Origin: Candidatus Omnitrophota bacterium
GTDB lineage: Bacteria; Omnitrophota; Gorgyraeia; Zapsychrales; Fredricksoniimonadaceae
NCBI GenBank assembly: GCA_015228785.1
Contig: JADGCU010000002.1
Span: 16,509-80,508 of the forward strand
Length of the DNA: 64,000 nucleotides
Reading direction: 5' to 3'
Part shown: one piece after another, positions 37,910 through 48,526 of the stretch
How the letters are laid out: every line of letters begins with the position of its first letter
How positions within the stretch are numbered: the first letter of the stretch is position 1
Made by a program: the position numbers and the translations under genes
The notes under the pieces: generated by a model
What the model saw: only the letters and a program-made list of their open reading frames with translations
The model's database searches: none
Told to the model about the DNA's origin: nothing

Positions 37910-40819
37910 ATGATATGGCGCGTTGAAATTCAAGAAAAATCTGGCATCTTCGATCCCCTGGGCGAAGGGGTCATGCATGATATTGGGGATCTTGGCATTT
38001 CTTCTGTGAAGCATGTTCGGGTCATCAATGTTTTTGTCATTGAGGGCGAGATCATGAAAGCTGATGTGGATACGATCTGCAGTGAGCTTCTCGTCGATCA
38101 GGTTGCGCAGACGTATACATTTTCTGACCATCCTGTTAAAGATCCCTATAAGAATAAAAAAGGATTTAATGTCGTGGAAGTGGCTTATAACATCGGCGTT
38201 ATGGATCCGGTTGAGGCGTCCACCCTGAAAGGCATCCGGGACCTTGGGATCAGTAGAGTGACATCGGTTCGTACGGCCAAGCGGTTTATTATTGAGGGCA
38301 AGCTTTCTGATAAGGAGCTTGAGGTTATTAAAGAGAAGGCCCTGATGAATAAGCTGATCCAGCATGCGGTTTCTGATGAGGCAGCTGTTTTCAGGCATGT
38401 TTCTCTTGATCGCGAGCTAAGAGGCAAGACGGAGGTTGCGATTGTAAAGCTATTGGGTCTTTCTGATAAAGGGCTCATCGAGCTCAGCAGGAAAGGGCAG
38501 CTTTATTTAAATCTTAATGAGATGCGGACGATCCAAAAGCATTTTGCGGCACAGAAGCGTGAACCCACGGATGTGGAGCTTGAGACGATCGCGCAGACCT
38601 GGAGCGAGCATTGTAATCATAAGACGTTTCGTGGGAACATTCGCTATACAGTCAAGGAAAACGGGAAGACAAAGACTGAGGAGATCAAGAATCTTTTGAA
38701 ATCCACGATCGTCAAGGCGACGTATACCCTGGATAAGCCTTGGTGTGTCTCTGTGTTTCATGATAACGCTGGTGTGATTTCGTTTGATGATAAATATAAC
38801 GTTTGTTTTAAGGTGGAAACACATAATCATCCCTCTGCGCTTGAGCCCTTTGGTGGAGCCAATACAGGCGTTGGTGGCGTTATTCGCGATACCTTGGGGA
38901 CAGGTCTTGGGGCTAAGCCGATCTGTAATACGGATGTTTTTTGCTTTGCCCAACCTGAGTATCCTTTTGAGAAGCTTCCGGCCGGCACGCTGCATCCTAA
39001 ACGCGTGATGAAGGGTGTTGTGAGCGGCGTTCGTGATTATGGGAACAAGATGGGTATTCCGACGGTGAATGGGGCCATTTGTTTTCATGAACATTATGTG
39101 GGCAACCCTCTTGTTTTTTGCGGTAATGTGGGATTGATTCCTAAAGGCATGGAGAAGAAGGCGGCATGTAAGGGAGATCTTGTTGTTGTGATTGGCGGGA
39201 AGACAGGGCGAGATGGCATTCACGGAGCCACGTTCTCTTCTGGTGAGCTCACGCATGAATCTGAGGTTGTATCTTCCGGCGCAGTCCAGATCGGCAATCC
39301 TATTGAGGAGAAGAAAGTTTCTGATGTTCTGTTACAGGCGCGTGACGAGGGGCTTTTTAGTGCGGTGACTGATTGTGGCGCTGGTGGCTTGTCGAGTGCG
39401 GTGGGAGAGATGGGTTCGCAGCTTGGCGTGAGGGTTGATCTCGACGCAGTTCCGCTTAAATATCAGGGATTGAATTATACGGAGATTTGGATATCTGAGT
39501 CACAAGAACGCATGGTTCTTTCCGTTCCTCCGGAGAAGATCGAACGCTTTAAAGAGATTTTTGAGGGGGAGAATAATGAGGTGGCGGTTTTGGGGACATA
39601 TACCGGAACCGGACGGCTTGAGCTTTTTTATCATGGCGTTAAGGTTTGTGATCTGGATATGAATTTCTTACATGAGGGGACGCCCAAAATTACTAAAGAG
39701 GCGCTATGGGCAACTCCCAAACATAAGGAACCGAATTTCGCATGTCCTGATGGACTTGGGGACAAACTTAAAGAGGTCCTTTCTGATTATAATGTATGCT
39801 CTAAGGAGGCCGTTGTCCGCCGCTATGATCACGAGGTCCAGGGCGGGAGTATTGTGAAGCCCTTTGTGGGGCCAGCGTGCGATGGGCCGTCTGATGCGAG
39901 CGTTCTTTGTCCGCGTTTGGGGAAGAAAAAAGGCATCGCGATCTCAAATGGTATTAATCCGCGTTTTGGTTTGATCGATCCCTATTGGATGGCCGCTTCC
40001 GCGATTGATGAAGCGGTACGTCAAATAATTTCTGTCGGAGGAGATCTCAGTAAAATCGCTATCCTTGATAATTTTTGTTGGGGGAATCCGGATAAGCCGG
40101 ATCGGTTGGGCGGCTTGGTACGTGCGGCTAAGGGTTGCCATGATCTGGCCGTTGCATACGGGACACCCTTTATTTCCGGCAAGGATAGTTTTTATAATGA
40201 GTATACGGATAAAGGAAAATCAATTGCGATTCCTGGTACGATCCTTATTTCGGCGATCGGGATCGTCGAGGATGTTTCAAAATGCGTGACTATGGATTTG
40301 AAGAAGCCGGGCAATTCGGTTTATATTGTCGGAAAGACATATGATGAGTTGGGTGGGTCAGTTTATCTTTCGACTTATGGCCTGATTGGTAAGGATGTTC
40401 CTGTTGTTCGTTCTAAGGAAGCGATGAAGAATTTCATGGCGATGCAAAAGGCGATCGGGTGCGGACTTGTTGCTTCTTCTCATGATTGTTCCGAAGGCGG
40501 CATTGGTGTGGCTCTCGCTGAAATGGCTTTTGCGGGAGATCTTGGCGTGACCTTGATCCTCAAGAGTGTGCCTTATGAAGGCAAGCGTTATCGTGATGAT
40601 GGGATTATGTTTTCTGAATCAAACTCGCGTTTTCTTGTTGAGGTAGCACCCGAGGATCAAAAGGCTTTTGAACGCATCATGGGTGACGTTTCTTATGCGA
40701 TTATCGGGAAAGTCCTGGAGGACAAAAACGTCTATTATTATGGGCTCAAGGAGAATTTGTGCCTTAAGGCGAATATTCATGAGCTGAAGGAAACCTGGAA
40801 GAAACCACTACAATTTTAA
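37910..40819 (+). CDS. purL: FGAM synthase PurL with fused N-terminal tandem PurS-like domains
   Basis: WSEHCNHK, ETHNHPS, DCGAGG, ESQERM and ISGKDS; no glutaminase domain. Confidence 0.95.
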   Translation: MIWRVEIQEKSGIFDPLGEGVMHDIGDLGISSVKHVRVINVFVIEGEIMKADVDTICSELLVDQVAQTYTFSDHPVKDPYKNKKGFNVVEVAYNIGVMDPVEASTLKGIRDLGISRVTSVRTAKRFIIEGKLSDKELEVIKEKALMNKLIQHAVSDEAAVFRHVSLDRELRGKTEVAIVKLLGLSDKGLIELSRKGQLYLNLNEMRTIQKHFAAQKREPTDVELETIAQTWSEHCNHKTFRGNIRYTVKENGKTKTEEIKNLLKSTIVKATYTLDKPWCVSVFHDNAGVISFDDKYNVCFKVETHNHPSALEPFGGANTGVGGVIRDTLGTGLGAKPICNTDVFCFAQPEYPFEKLPAGTLHPKRVMKGVVSGVRDYGNKMGIPTVNGAICFHEHYVGNPLVFCGNVGLIPKGMEKKAACKGDLVVVIGGKTGRDGIHGATFSSGELTHESEVVSSGAVQIGNPIEEKKVSDVLLQARDEGLFSAVTDCGAGGLSSAVGEMGSQLGVRVDLDAVPLKYQGLNYTEIWISESQERMVLSVPPEKIERFKEIFEGENNEVAVLGTYTGTGRLELFYHGVKVCDLDMNFLHEGTPKITKEALWATPKHKEPNFACPDGLGDKLKEVLSDYNVCSKEAVVRRYDHEVQGGSIVKPFVGPACDGPSDASVLCPRLGKKKGIAISNGINPRFGLIDPYWMAASAIDEAVRQIISVGGDLSKIAILDNFCWGNPDKPDRLGGLVRAAKGCHDLAVAYGTPFISGKDSFYNEYTDKGKSIAIPGTILISAIGIVEDVSKCVTMDLKKPGNSVYIVGKTYDELGGSVYLSTYGLIGKDVPVVRSKEAMKNFMAMQKAIGCGLVASSHDCSEGGIGVALAEMAFAGDLGVTLILKSVPYEGKRYRDDGIMFSESNSRFLVEVAPEDQKAFERIMGDVSYAIIGKVLEDKNVYYYGLKENLCLKANIHELKETWKKPLQF

Positions 40820-40827
40820 GAGGGCTT

Positions 40828-41505
40828 ATGCCGAATAAAAATGGAAATGGAAAGACGGATTTCTTTGAAATGGATCAGTGGCGCATTTTTCGTATTATGG
40901 CGGAATTTGTCGAAGGGTTTGACCGCATGCGCAAGTTTGAGCATTCGGTCACAATTTTTGGTTCGGCTCGCCTTAAGTCAGATCATAAGATGTATCGGGC
41001 AGCTGAAGAGACGGCTAAGCTCCTTTCTCGCAGCGGCTATGCGGTTATTACTGGGGGAGGCCCGGGAATTATGGAGGCGGGTAATCGCGGTGCATTTTTG
41101 GCGGATGGGGATTCTATTGGTCTTAATATTGAACTTCCCTTTGAGCAGAAGCCCAATCCGTATATTCGGACGCTTGTGAATTTTCATTACTTTTTCTGTC
41201 GCAAGGTCATGTTCGTCAAGTATGCCAAGGCTGTTGTGATCTTTCCTGGTGGCTATGGCACGATGGATGAGCTTTTTGAGAGCCTCACGCTTGTTCAGAC
41301 CGGACGCATGCCTAAAGTGCCGGTTATTTTATTCGGTAGTTATTATTGGCATGGTCTTTTGGAATGGCTGAAGAATATGATGTTAAAGGATGGATGTATC
41401 GATCAGAATGATCTTCATTTGTATCATGTCGTGGATGATCCTAAAGAAGCGGTCAAAATTATTAATGATTTTTATCGTAAGGGTAAAAAGCAGGCAAAGA
41501 AGTAA
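40828..41505 (+). CDS. LOG-family (TIGR00730-like) nucleotide phosphoribohydrolase
   Basis: FGSAR, TGGGPGIME, RKVMFVK and PGGYGTMDE. Confidence 0.9.
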   Translation: MPNKNGNGKTDFFEMDQWRIFRIMAEFVEGFDRMRKFEHSVTIFGSARLKSDHKMYRAAEETAKLLSRSGYAVITGGGPGIMEAGNRGAFLADGDSIGLNIELPFEQKPNPYIRTLVNFHYFFCRKVMFVKYAKAVVIFPGGYGTMDELFESLTLVQTGRMPKVPVILFGSYYWHGLLEWLKNMMLKDGCIDQNDLHLYHVVDDPKEAVKIINDFYRKGKKQAKK

Positions 41506-42305
41506 TGTCTAGAAAAGCTCGCGTCCTTGTTACTCGTACCGCAGGCACCAATTGCAATGTTGAAACGACATTTGCCTTTGAGCAGTGCGGAGCCCTTGTT
41601 GATGAAGTGCATCTTGAGAGACTCTTCTCAGGGAAGGTTAAGCTTTCGGATTATCACATCTTAGCTTTGCCCGGCGGGTTTAGTTATGGGGATGACATTG
41701 CCTCAGGTCGGATCTTTGCCAATGAGTTACGCCTGAAGCTAGGGGAAGATATTGCCAAGTTTATTAAAGATGGCAAGCTTATGATTGGGATTTGTAACGG
41801 ATTTCAGATCCTTGTCAAAGCGGGTATTTTACCAGGGCCATTTGTGGCATCCAAGACGCTTCAGCAGACCGCGACCCTTTTTCATAATGATTCCGGGAAG
41901 TTTGAGGATCGCTGGACGCATCTTAAGTCCTTGGGGAAGTGTGTTTGGACCAAGGGCATGAAGGATGTTGTTTACTTTCCTGTGGCGCATGGGGAAGGGA
42001 AATTTATTCCGGCGACTCCTAGTGTTTTGAAAGATCTTCAGAATAAGGGGCAGGTTGTATTTCGTTATTGCCGGGCTGATGGCGTAAAGAGTGAGTATCC
42101 TGGAAATCCTAACGGGTCAACGGATGAGATCGCAGGTATTACGGATACGACGGGTCGCATTTTGGGCCTTATGCCTCATCCGGAAAGGCATTTCCTGAAG
42201 ATCCAGCATCCTTTTTGGACGAGATTACCCAAGAAGGGGAAGCTTGGCGATGGTGCACAGGTCTTTCAAAATGGTGTTGATTACGTGAAGAAAAATCTAC
42301 TGTGA
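41505..42305 (+). CDS. purQ: FGAM synthase glutaminase subunit PurQ
   Basis: GTNC, PGGFSYGD, GICNGFQ and MPHPER. Confidence 0.96.
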   Translation: MSRKARVLVTRTAGTNCNVETTFAFEQCGALVDEVHLERLFSGKVKLSDYHILALPGGFSYGDDIASGRIFANELRLKLGEDIAKFIKDGKLMIGICNGFQILVKAGILPGPFVASKTLQQTATLFHNDSGKFEDRWTHLKSLGKCVWTKGMKDVVYFPVAHGEGKFIPATPSVLKDLQNKGQVVFRYCRADGVKSEYPGNPNGSTDEIAGITDTTGRILGLMPHPERHFLKIQHPFWTRLPKKGKLGDGAQVFQNGVDYVKKNLL

Positions 42306-43306
42306 TGAAAAAGAAACTAACATATAAAACAGCTGGTGTTGATATTAAAAAGGCGGATCAGTTTGTGTCTGCGATCAAGGGGCTGGTGAAGTCTACTCGT
42401 GTTTCTGGTGTTATGGATAAGACGAAGGCCTTTGGTTCGCTTTTTGTGCTTCCTAAAGGGTATAAGGAGCCCGTTTTGGTTTCTTCCACGGATGGCGTTG
42501 GCACCAAGCTTTTGGTTGCTAATCTGATTGGTAAACATGATACGGTTGGGATCGATCTTGTCGCAATGAATGTGAATGACGTTCTGTGCGTTGGCGCGAA
42601 GCCCTTGTTCTTTTTGGATTATGTGGCGTGCGGTAAGGTGGACAAGAAGATCCTGGTTGATGTGATGAAGGGCATTGCGGAAGGTTGTCGTCAGGCTGGT
42701 TGCGCTTTGATCGGTGGAGAGACCGCTGAAATGCCGGGGATGTATAAGGCGGAAGATTATGATCTGGCCGGTTTTACGGTCGGGATCGTCGATAAGAAGA
42801 AAATGGTTGATGGTTCCAAGATGAAAGCGGGGGATGCTATTATTGCTCTTCCTTCAAGCGGGATTCATTCAAATGGTTATTCTTTGGTTCGTAAGGCGTT
42901 TTCTCCTGCTGAAATTAAAATGTATGCGAAGCTGATCCTGGAGCCCACACGGATTTATGTGAAGAATGTTCTTCCTCTTGTTGAGAAGTTTGATGTTCAC
43001 GGCATGGCGCACAATACAGGGGGTGCGTTTTATGAGAAATTGACCAAGTGTTTGCCCGATGGCCTTTCATTTCGGATTACTAAAGGTACGTGGCCGATGC
43101 CAAAGGTGTTTGAGCTTATCATGGCCAAGGCCAGTATTGTTGAGCATGAGTTGTATCGTACGTTCAATATGGGAGTTGGTTTTATTGTGGTTGTGAGGAA
43201 GGAAGATGTTGCGGGAGTTCAGAAGATTCTTGCCAAGACGGGCATGCCTTCTTATGTGATCGGGGAAGTTATCAGGCGGAAGAAAGAGAAATTAGAATTA
43301 GTCTAA
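42305..43306 (+). CDS. purM: AIR synthetase
   Basis: TDGVGTK, GGETAEMP, SSGIHSNGYSL and TFNMG. Confidence 0.97.
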   Translation: MKKKLTYKTAGVDIKKADQFVSAIKGLVKSTRVSGVMDKTKAFGSLFVLPKGYKEPVLVSSTDGVGTKLLVANLIGKHDTVGIDLVAMNVNDVLCVGAKPLFFLDYVACGKVDKKILVDVMKGIAEGCRQAGCALIGGETAEMPGMYKAEDYDLAGFTVGIVDKKKMVDGSKMKAGDAIIALPSSGIHSNGYSLVRKAFSPAEIKMYAKLILEPTRIYVKNVLPLVEKFDVHGMAHNTGGAFYEKLTKCLPDGLSFRITKGTWPMPKVFELIMAKASIVEHELYRTFNMGVGFIVVVRKEDVAGVQKILAKTGMPSYVIGEVIRRKKEKLELV

Positions 43307-43376
43307 CGGATTGTTTTCAGGGTGAAGTAGCGATTTCTTTTTTCACCCTTTCACTTTCGTAATTATTAAGGAGCTT

Positions 43377-44642
43377 ATGAAAATTCTTGTTGTTGGGTCA
43401 GGCGGGCGCGAACATGCCCTTTGCTGGAAGATTAAACAAAACCCTAAGGTCACAGAACTTTATTGTGCGCCGGGAAATGGCGGTATCGCATCGTTGGCTG
43501 AATGCGTGGATATCAAAGCTGATGATATTATTGCGCTTGCGGATTTTGCCCATGAGAAGGGGATTGATTTGACGGTGGTGGGCCCCGAGGTTCCTTTGGT
43601 CAAAGGCATTGTTGATCTTTTTAAGGAAGAGGGTCTTAAGATTTTTGGCCCATCAGAAGCAGCTGCACGTCTTGAAGGCAGTAAGGTGTTTGCCAAGAAT
43701 TTTATGAAGCGCTGGGGCATTCCAACGGCTAAGTATGCAACATTTATGGATGCCAAGGCGGCGGTCGCGTATTTAGCGAATCATTCGTATCCTTTGGTTG
43801 TTAAGGCCAGTGGCCTTGCGGCGGGAAAAGGTGTCATTATTTGTCAGAATCAGTTCGAGGCGGAAGAGGCGATCCAGAAAATCATGGGGGAGAAGATTTT
43901 CAAGGAGGCGGGCAACAACTTAGTTATCGAGGAATTTCTGACAGGTGAAGAGGCGTCGATCTTGGCTGTTTGTGATGGTCAGAGTTTTCTTCTATTGGAT
44001 TCTTCACAGGATCATAAGCGCATTTTTGATGACGACAAGGGACCTAATACTGGTGGCATGGGTGCGTATTCACCGACGCCTGTTGTGACAGATGCGTTGC
44101 GTAAGGTCATTGCGGATACGATCATTCGTCCTGTTGTTGAGGGCATGGCGGATGAAGAGGCGCCGTTTAAGGGAATTTTATATGCGGGGGTCATGATCAC
44201 TCGAGATGGTCCAAAGGTTTTGGAGTTTAATGTGCGCTTTGGTGATCCAGAGACTCAGGCGATCTTGCCAAGGCTCAAGACTGATTTTGTGGAATTGATG
44301 TTGGCTTCTGTTGAGGGCAAGATTAGCAGTCTTTCTTTAGAGTGGGATGAGCGGCCGTGTGTTTGTGTGGTGATGGCGGCTGGTGGATACCCTGGTGATT
44401 ATGTAACGGGTAAGGCAATTAGCGGATTAGATCAGATGTCAACGGGCGCTATTGTTTTTCATGCGGGAACGAAGAAGCAGGGTGATACAATAGTTACATC
44501 TGGCGGGCGGGTTCTCGGTGTTACGGCTCTTGGCAATGGCATTGAGGATGCGATCACGCAGGCGTATAGTGCGATTGCGAAGATTGCTTTCGAGGGCGCG
44601 CATTATCGGAAAGATATTGGCAAGAGAGCATTGAATAGGTGA
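43377..44642 (+). CDS. purD: Phosphoribosylamine-glycine ligase
   Basis: GSGGREHAL, GPNTGGMGAY and EFNVRFGDPE. Confidence 0.97.
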   Translation: MKILVVGSGGREHALCWKIKQNPKVTELYCAPGNGGIASLAECVDIKADDIIALADFAHEKGIDLTVVGPEVPLVKGIVDLFKEEGLKIFGPSEAAARLEGSKVFAKNFMKRWGIPTAKYATFMDAKAAVAYLANHSYPLVVKASGLAAGKGVIICQNQFEAEEAIQKIMGEKIFKEAGNNLVIEEFLTGEEASILAVCDGQSFLLLDSSQDHKRIFDDDKGPNTGGMGAYSPTPVVTDALRKVIADTIIRPVVEGMADEEAPFKGILYAGVMITRDGPKVLEFNVRFGDPETQAILPRLKTDFVELMLASVEGKISSLSLEWDERPCVCVVMAAGGYPGDYVTGKAISGLDQMSTGAIVFHAGTKKQGDTIVTSGGRVLGVTALGNGIEDAITQAYSAIAKIAFEGAHYRKDIGKRALNR

Positions 44643-44676
44643 GACGTCAAACGTCTTAGGTTTTATGGGGGGGGTT

Positions 44677-45153
44677 ATGGAAAAGATTCAGGTTGCGATC
44701 ATGATGGGCAGTAAGAACGATATGCCAATCGTTGAAGAATCTGTCAAAATGCTGGAGTCTTTTGGTATTAAAAATGAGGTAAAGGTTCTTTCCGCTCATC
44801 GCACACCTAAGGAGACGGCGGCGTATGCCGAGGCTTTGATTGGGCGAGGGGTTAAGGTTGTTATTTGTGCTGCTGGTGGGTCTGCTGCGCTTTCGGGAGT
44901 TGTGGCAGCGCATACGAATTTGCCGGTTATCGGGATTCCTCTTGATTCTATGGGCTTTAATGGACTGGACGCATTGTTGTCGACGATTCAGATGCCGCCA
45001 GGTGTTCCGGTCGCAGGCGTTGGCATTGGAAAGCCGGGTGCCAAGAATGCGGCCCTTGTGGCGGTCAGGATCCTTGCCTTGTCAGACCCTTCATTGACAA
45101 AGAAGCTTGAGGATTTTTCGAGAGAGCAGGCGGAGAAGATATTAAAGGGATAA
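44677..45153 (+). CDS. purE: N5-CAIR mutase
   Basis: MGSKND, SAHRTP and QMPPGVPVA. Confidence 0.95.
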   Translation: MEKIQVAIMMGSKNDMPIVEESVKMLESFGIKNEVKVLSAHRTPKETAAYAEALIGRGVKVVICAAGGSAALSGVVAAHTNLPVIGIPLDSMGFNGLDALLSTIQMPPGVPVAGVGIGKPGAKNAALVAVRILALSDPSLTKKLEDFSREQAEKILKG

Positions 45154-45199
45154 AAAAGGCGCAGGATACGAAATCTTTTTGTGTTCTGTGACTCTTGAC

Positions 45200-46264
45200 G
45201 TGAAGACCCCAGTTGTTTCGATCAATCCCAAAGCTCCAGAGCAGGATCGCATTATTACGGCTGCCCGTCATATTCATGATGGGAATTTAGTGATTTTCCC
45301 GACAGAGACTGTTTACGGCATTGCGGCTGATTGGGCCAATCCTTTGGCCATGAAACGGTTGCGTGAGGTCAAGAAACGGGCTTTGGACAAACCGTTTTCC
45401 GTCATGATTTCCCAAAAAGAACTTATTCGTAATTACACTTCCTATGATTCGCCTCAGCTTTATAAGCTCATTGATAAATATTGGCCAGGTCCTTTGACCG
45501 TGATCGTTCCGACAGCCTTGGGTGGATCGACGATCGGGATTCGTATTCCTGATCATCCGGTAGCCTTAAAACTGGTTCAGAACGCACACTGCACGATCGC
45601 GGCTCCGTCGGCTAATTTTGAGGGAAATCCAGCACCCACAACTTGTGAGGAGGCCTTACGCGATCTTGATGGACTGGTGGATTTGGCGGTCGATAGTGGC
45701 AGGGTTGATATCGGAATGGCATCGACTATTGTGGATTTTATGTTTGCCAAGCCTAAAGTTGTCCGTGAGGGAGTTATTCAGCAAAAGGATGTCGATAAAG
45801 TCACGCAGACAAAAACTATCCTTTTTGTTTGTACCGGTAACAGCTGTCGTTCTGTGATGGCGGAGTATCTCTTGCGTAAGATGTTAAAAGGACGCGAAGA
45901 TGTGGCTATTGCTTCTGCTGGTACGGGTGTGATCTTCCCAACATCGGCAAGTCAGGAGGCTGTCAATGTTTTACGGGAGCGCGATATTGATGCGCAGGAG
46001 CATCAATCGCAAGCAGTCACCAATATGCTTTTGAAGAAGTCAGATATGATCTTTGTGATGACGCGGTCTCATCGGGAGCAGGTTCTGGAGCGTGTGCCTG
46101 GTGTTGAAAAGCGGGTTTACCTTTTAGGTGAGTTTCAGGGGTTGCCGATCAAGCGCGAATCGGATCTTGACATTTCAGATCCGATCGGCCGGTCCCATGT
46201 GCAGTATCAAGAATGCGCTCGCATGATTCAGGATTGTTTGGAAAAGATTATTCAATTGATTTGA
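45200..46264 (+). CDS. tsaC: TsaC/Sua5 threonylcarbamoyl-AMP synthase fused to a LMW protein tyrosine/arginine phosphatase domain
   Basis: FPTETVYG, WPGPLT and APSAN, then FVCTGNSCRS...DISDP; start uncertain. Confidence 0.88.
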   Translation: MKTPVVSINPKAPEQDRIITAARHIHDGNLVIFPTETVYGIAADWANPLAMKRLREVKKRALDKPFSVMISQKELIRNYTSYDSPQLYKLIDKYWPGPLTVIVPTALGGSTIGIRIPDHPVALKLVQNAHCTIAAPSANFEGNPAPTTCEEALRDLDGLVDLAVDSGRVDIGMASTIVDFMFAKPKVVREGVIQQKDVDKVTQTKTILFVCTGNSCRSVMAEYLLRKMLKGREDVAIASAGTGVIFPTSASQEAVNVLRERDIDAQEHQSQAVTNMLLKKSDMIFVMTRSHREQVLERVPGVEKRVYLLGEFQGLPIKRESDLDISDPIGRSHVQYQECARMIQDCLEKIIQLI

Positions 46265-46274
46265 GAGGTCATTT

Positions 46275-46745
46275 GTGAAGAAATTTACTATCTTTATTGG
46301 TGCGGATCATCGTGGATTTGTCTTTAAGGAGAAAATCTCCTCGGCTTTACGTTCTTTGGGGCATGAGGTCGTTGATGTGGGAACATATGTTCTGGATCCG
46401 CCATGTGATTATCCGGCAATTTCCTATGAGGTGGGAAAGAATGTTGTCGCCCATAAGAGTAGTCGTGGGATTTTGGTATGTTTGACGGGGATCGGACATT
46501 CCATGGCGGCCAATAAGGTTCCTGGGGTGTACGCGGCGTTGTGTTATTCTAAAGAAGCCGCGGAGCTTTCTCGTCGTCATAATAATGCAAATGTGCTGGT
46601 TTTGGGATCGAATTTTGTCAGCGAGAACACCATGATGGAGATCATTCGGGTTTGGATAGAGACGCCTTTTGAGGGAGGACGGCATCTGAGGCGTATTAAG
46701 CAAATTCAGGCTATTGAGCGGAAGTTTATGAAGGTGAAGAAATAA
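46275..46745 (+). CDS. rpiB: Ribose-5-phosphate isomerase B
   Basis: GADHRG, DYP, CLTGIG, HNNANVL and FEGGRH. Confidence 0.95.
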   Translation: MKKFTIFIGADHRGFVFKEKISSALRSLGHEVVDVGTYVLDPPCDYPAISYEVGKNVVAHKSSRGILVCLTGIGHSMAANKVPGVYAALCYSKEAAELSRRHNNANVLVLGSNFVSENTMMEIIRVWIETPFEGGRHLRRIKQIQAIERKFMKVKK

Positions 46746-46796
46746 GTTTTCGGGCTTTTTGTTAAGGTTCTTTATTTTTAATTTGGAGAAGATGTC

Positions 46797-48041
46797 ATGA
46801 AGTATTTAGAGAGTGCTGATAGCGAAGTTTTTCAGGCCATGAAACACGAGCTTGCGCGTCAGCAAGAGAATCTCGAGCTCATTGCCTCAGAGAATATTGT
46901 GTCTCTAGCGGTCATGGAGGCCATGGGCTCGGTGATGACTAACAAGTATGCTGAAGGTTATCCGGCGGCTCGCTGGTATAACGGTTGTGAGAATGTGGAT
47001 ATTGTCGAGCAACTTGCGATCGATCGCCTGAAAAAGATCTTCGGGGCTGATCATGCCAATGTTCAGGCGCATTCAGGTTCTCAGGCGAATACAGCTGTGT
47101 ATCTGGCCGCACTTAAGACGGGGGATACATTGATGGGGTTGGATCTTGCTTGTGGGGGACATTTAACCCACGGGCTTAAGATCAATATCTCCGGGCGTCT
47201 TTACAATATTGTTTCCTATAAGGTTGATCCCAAGACTGAGCGCATTGACATGGATGAGGTGGAGCGTATTGCGCTTGAGCACAAGCCGAAGATGATCATT
47301 GCAGGATATTCCGCCTACTCACGTGTTTTGGATTTCAAACGTTTTCGTGAGATCTGTGATAAGGTCGGTGCGTATCTTTTTGTTGATATGGCGCATTTTG
47401 CAGGACTTGTCGCAGCTGGCGTTCATCCCAGTCCTGTACCGTATGCCGAGTTTGTTACGTCGACTACTCATAAGACCCTTCGTGGTCCGCGTGGTGGCAT
47501 TATTCTTTGCCGGGCTGAGTTTGCCAAGAAGATTGATGCGGCGATCTTCCCTGGTATTCAGGGAGGGCCTTTGATGCATGTGATCGCGGCTAAAGCCGTG
47601 GCCTTTGGGGAAGCGCTTAAGCCCGATTTTAAAATGTATCAAGAGCAGATTGTGAAGAATGCCAAGGCATTCGCCGCTGCTATGGAGAAGCGCGGATTTC
47701 GCATTGTGTCTGGGGGAACAGACAATCATTTGTTCATGGTTGATCTGCGTCCTAAGAACATTACAGGGAAGGATGCGGCAACTCTCCTTGATACGGTCAA
47801 GATCACGGTTAATAAGAATCTTGTGCCGTTCGATTCTCAGCCGCCGACTGTGACCAGCGGTATTCGTATTGGGACGCCGGCCTTGACAACGCGAGGGATG
47901 AAAGAATCTCAGATGGAGCAAGTGGCGGATCTTATTGACCAGGCGATCACAGGGCGTGATAACCCGGCTGTTTTGGAGAAGGTACGTGCCCAAGTCGCTG
48001 AGCTGACAAAGAAATTTCCGATCTACGAAGGGTTGATGTGA
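46797..48041 (+). CDS. glyA: Serine hydroxymethyltransferase
   Basis: [14 protein letters not shown] and [12 protein letters not shown]. Confidence 0.98.
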   Translation: MKYLESADSEVFQAMKHELARQQENLELIASENIVSLAVMEAMGSVMTNKYAEGYPAARWYNGCENVDIVEQLAIDRLKKIFGADHANVQAHSGSQANTAVYLAALKTGDTLMGLDLACGGHLTHGLKINISGRLYNIVSYKVDPKTERIDMDEVERIALEHKPKMIIAGYSAYSRVLDFKRFREICDKVGAYLFVDMAHFAGLVAAGVHPSPVPYAEFVTSTTHKTLRGPRGGIILCRAEFAKKIDAAIFPGIQGGPLMHVIAAKAVAFGEALKPDFKMYQEQIVKNAKAFAAAMEKRGFRIVSGGTDNHLFMVDLRPKNITGKDAATLLDTVKITVNKNLVPFDSQPPTVTSGIRIGTPALTTRGMKESQMEQVADLIDQAITGRDNPAVLEKVRAQVAELTKKFPIYEGLM

Positions 48042-48045
48042 GCCT

Positions 48046-48516
48046 ATGAAATGTCCCTCGTGCAGTTTCAAGGAGACCAAGGTCGTTGATTCCCGCATGA
48101 ATGGGGAAGGTACGTCTATCCGGCGGCGCAGAGAATGTCTGAAGTGTTCCAAGCGATTTACAACGCACGAATATGTTGAGCAGGTGTCGCTTTTAGTGGT
48201 CAAGCGTGACGGGCGCCGTCAGCCGTATGACCGGGCGCGTGTGATTACGGGTCTGATGAAGGCTTGTGAGAAACGTCCGGTGGGTGTTGAGCAGATTGAG
48301 AATGTGGCGATCGAGATTGAGCGCACAATTCAGAAGAAGTTTGACCGCGAGGTCCCCTCGACTGCGATCGGGGAACTCATTATGGAAAAACTTTATACTC
48401 TAGATGAGGTCGCCTACGTACGTTTTGCCTCTGTTTATCGACAGTTTCGGGACGTGAATCACTTTATGAAGGAGATCCAAGTTATTCTCGAGCGAGATAA
48501 GGGGAAGAAGAAATAA
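48046..48516 (+). CDS. nrdR: Transcriptional repressor NrdR
   Basis: CPSC...RRRRECLKC, ATP cone, AYVRFASVYR. Confidence 0.97.
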   Translation: MKCPSCSFKETKVVDSRMNGEGTSIRRRRECLKCSKRFTTHEYVEQVSLLVVKRDGRRQPYDRARVITGLMKACEKRPVGVEQIENVAIEIERTIQKKFDREVPSTAIGELIMEKLYTLDEVAYVRFASVYRQFRDVNHFMKEIQVILERDKGKKK

Positions 48517-48526
48517 AAGTTTGCTT

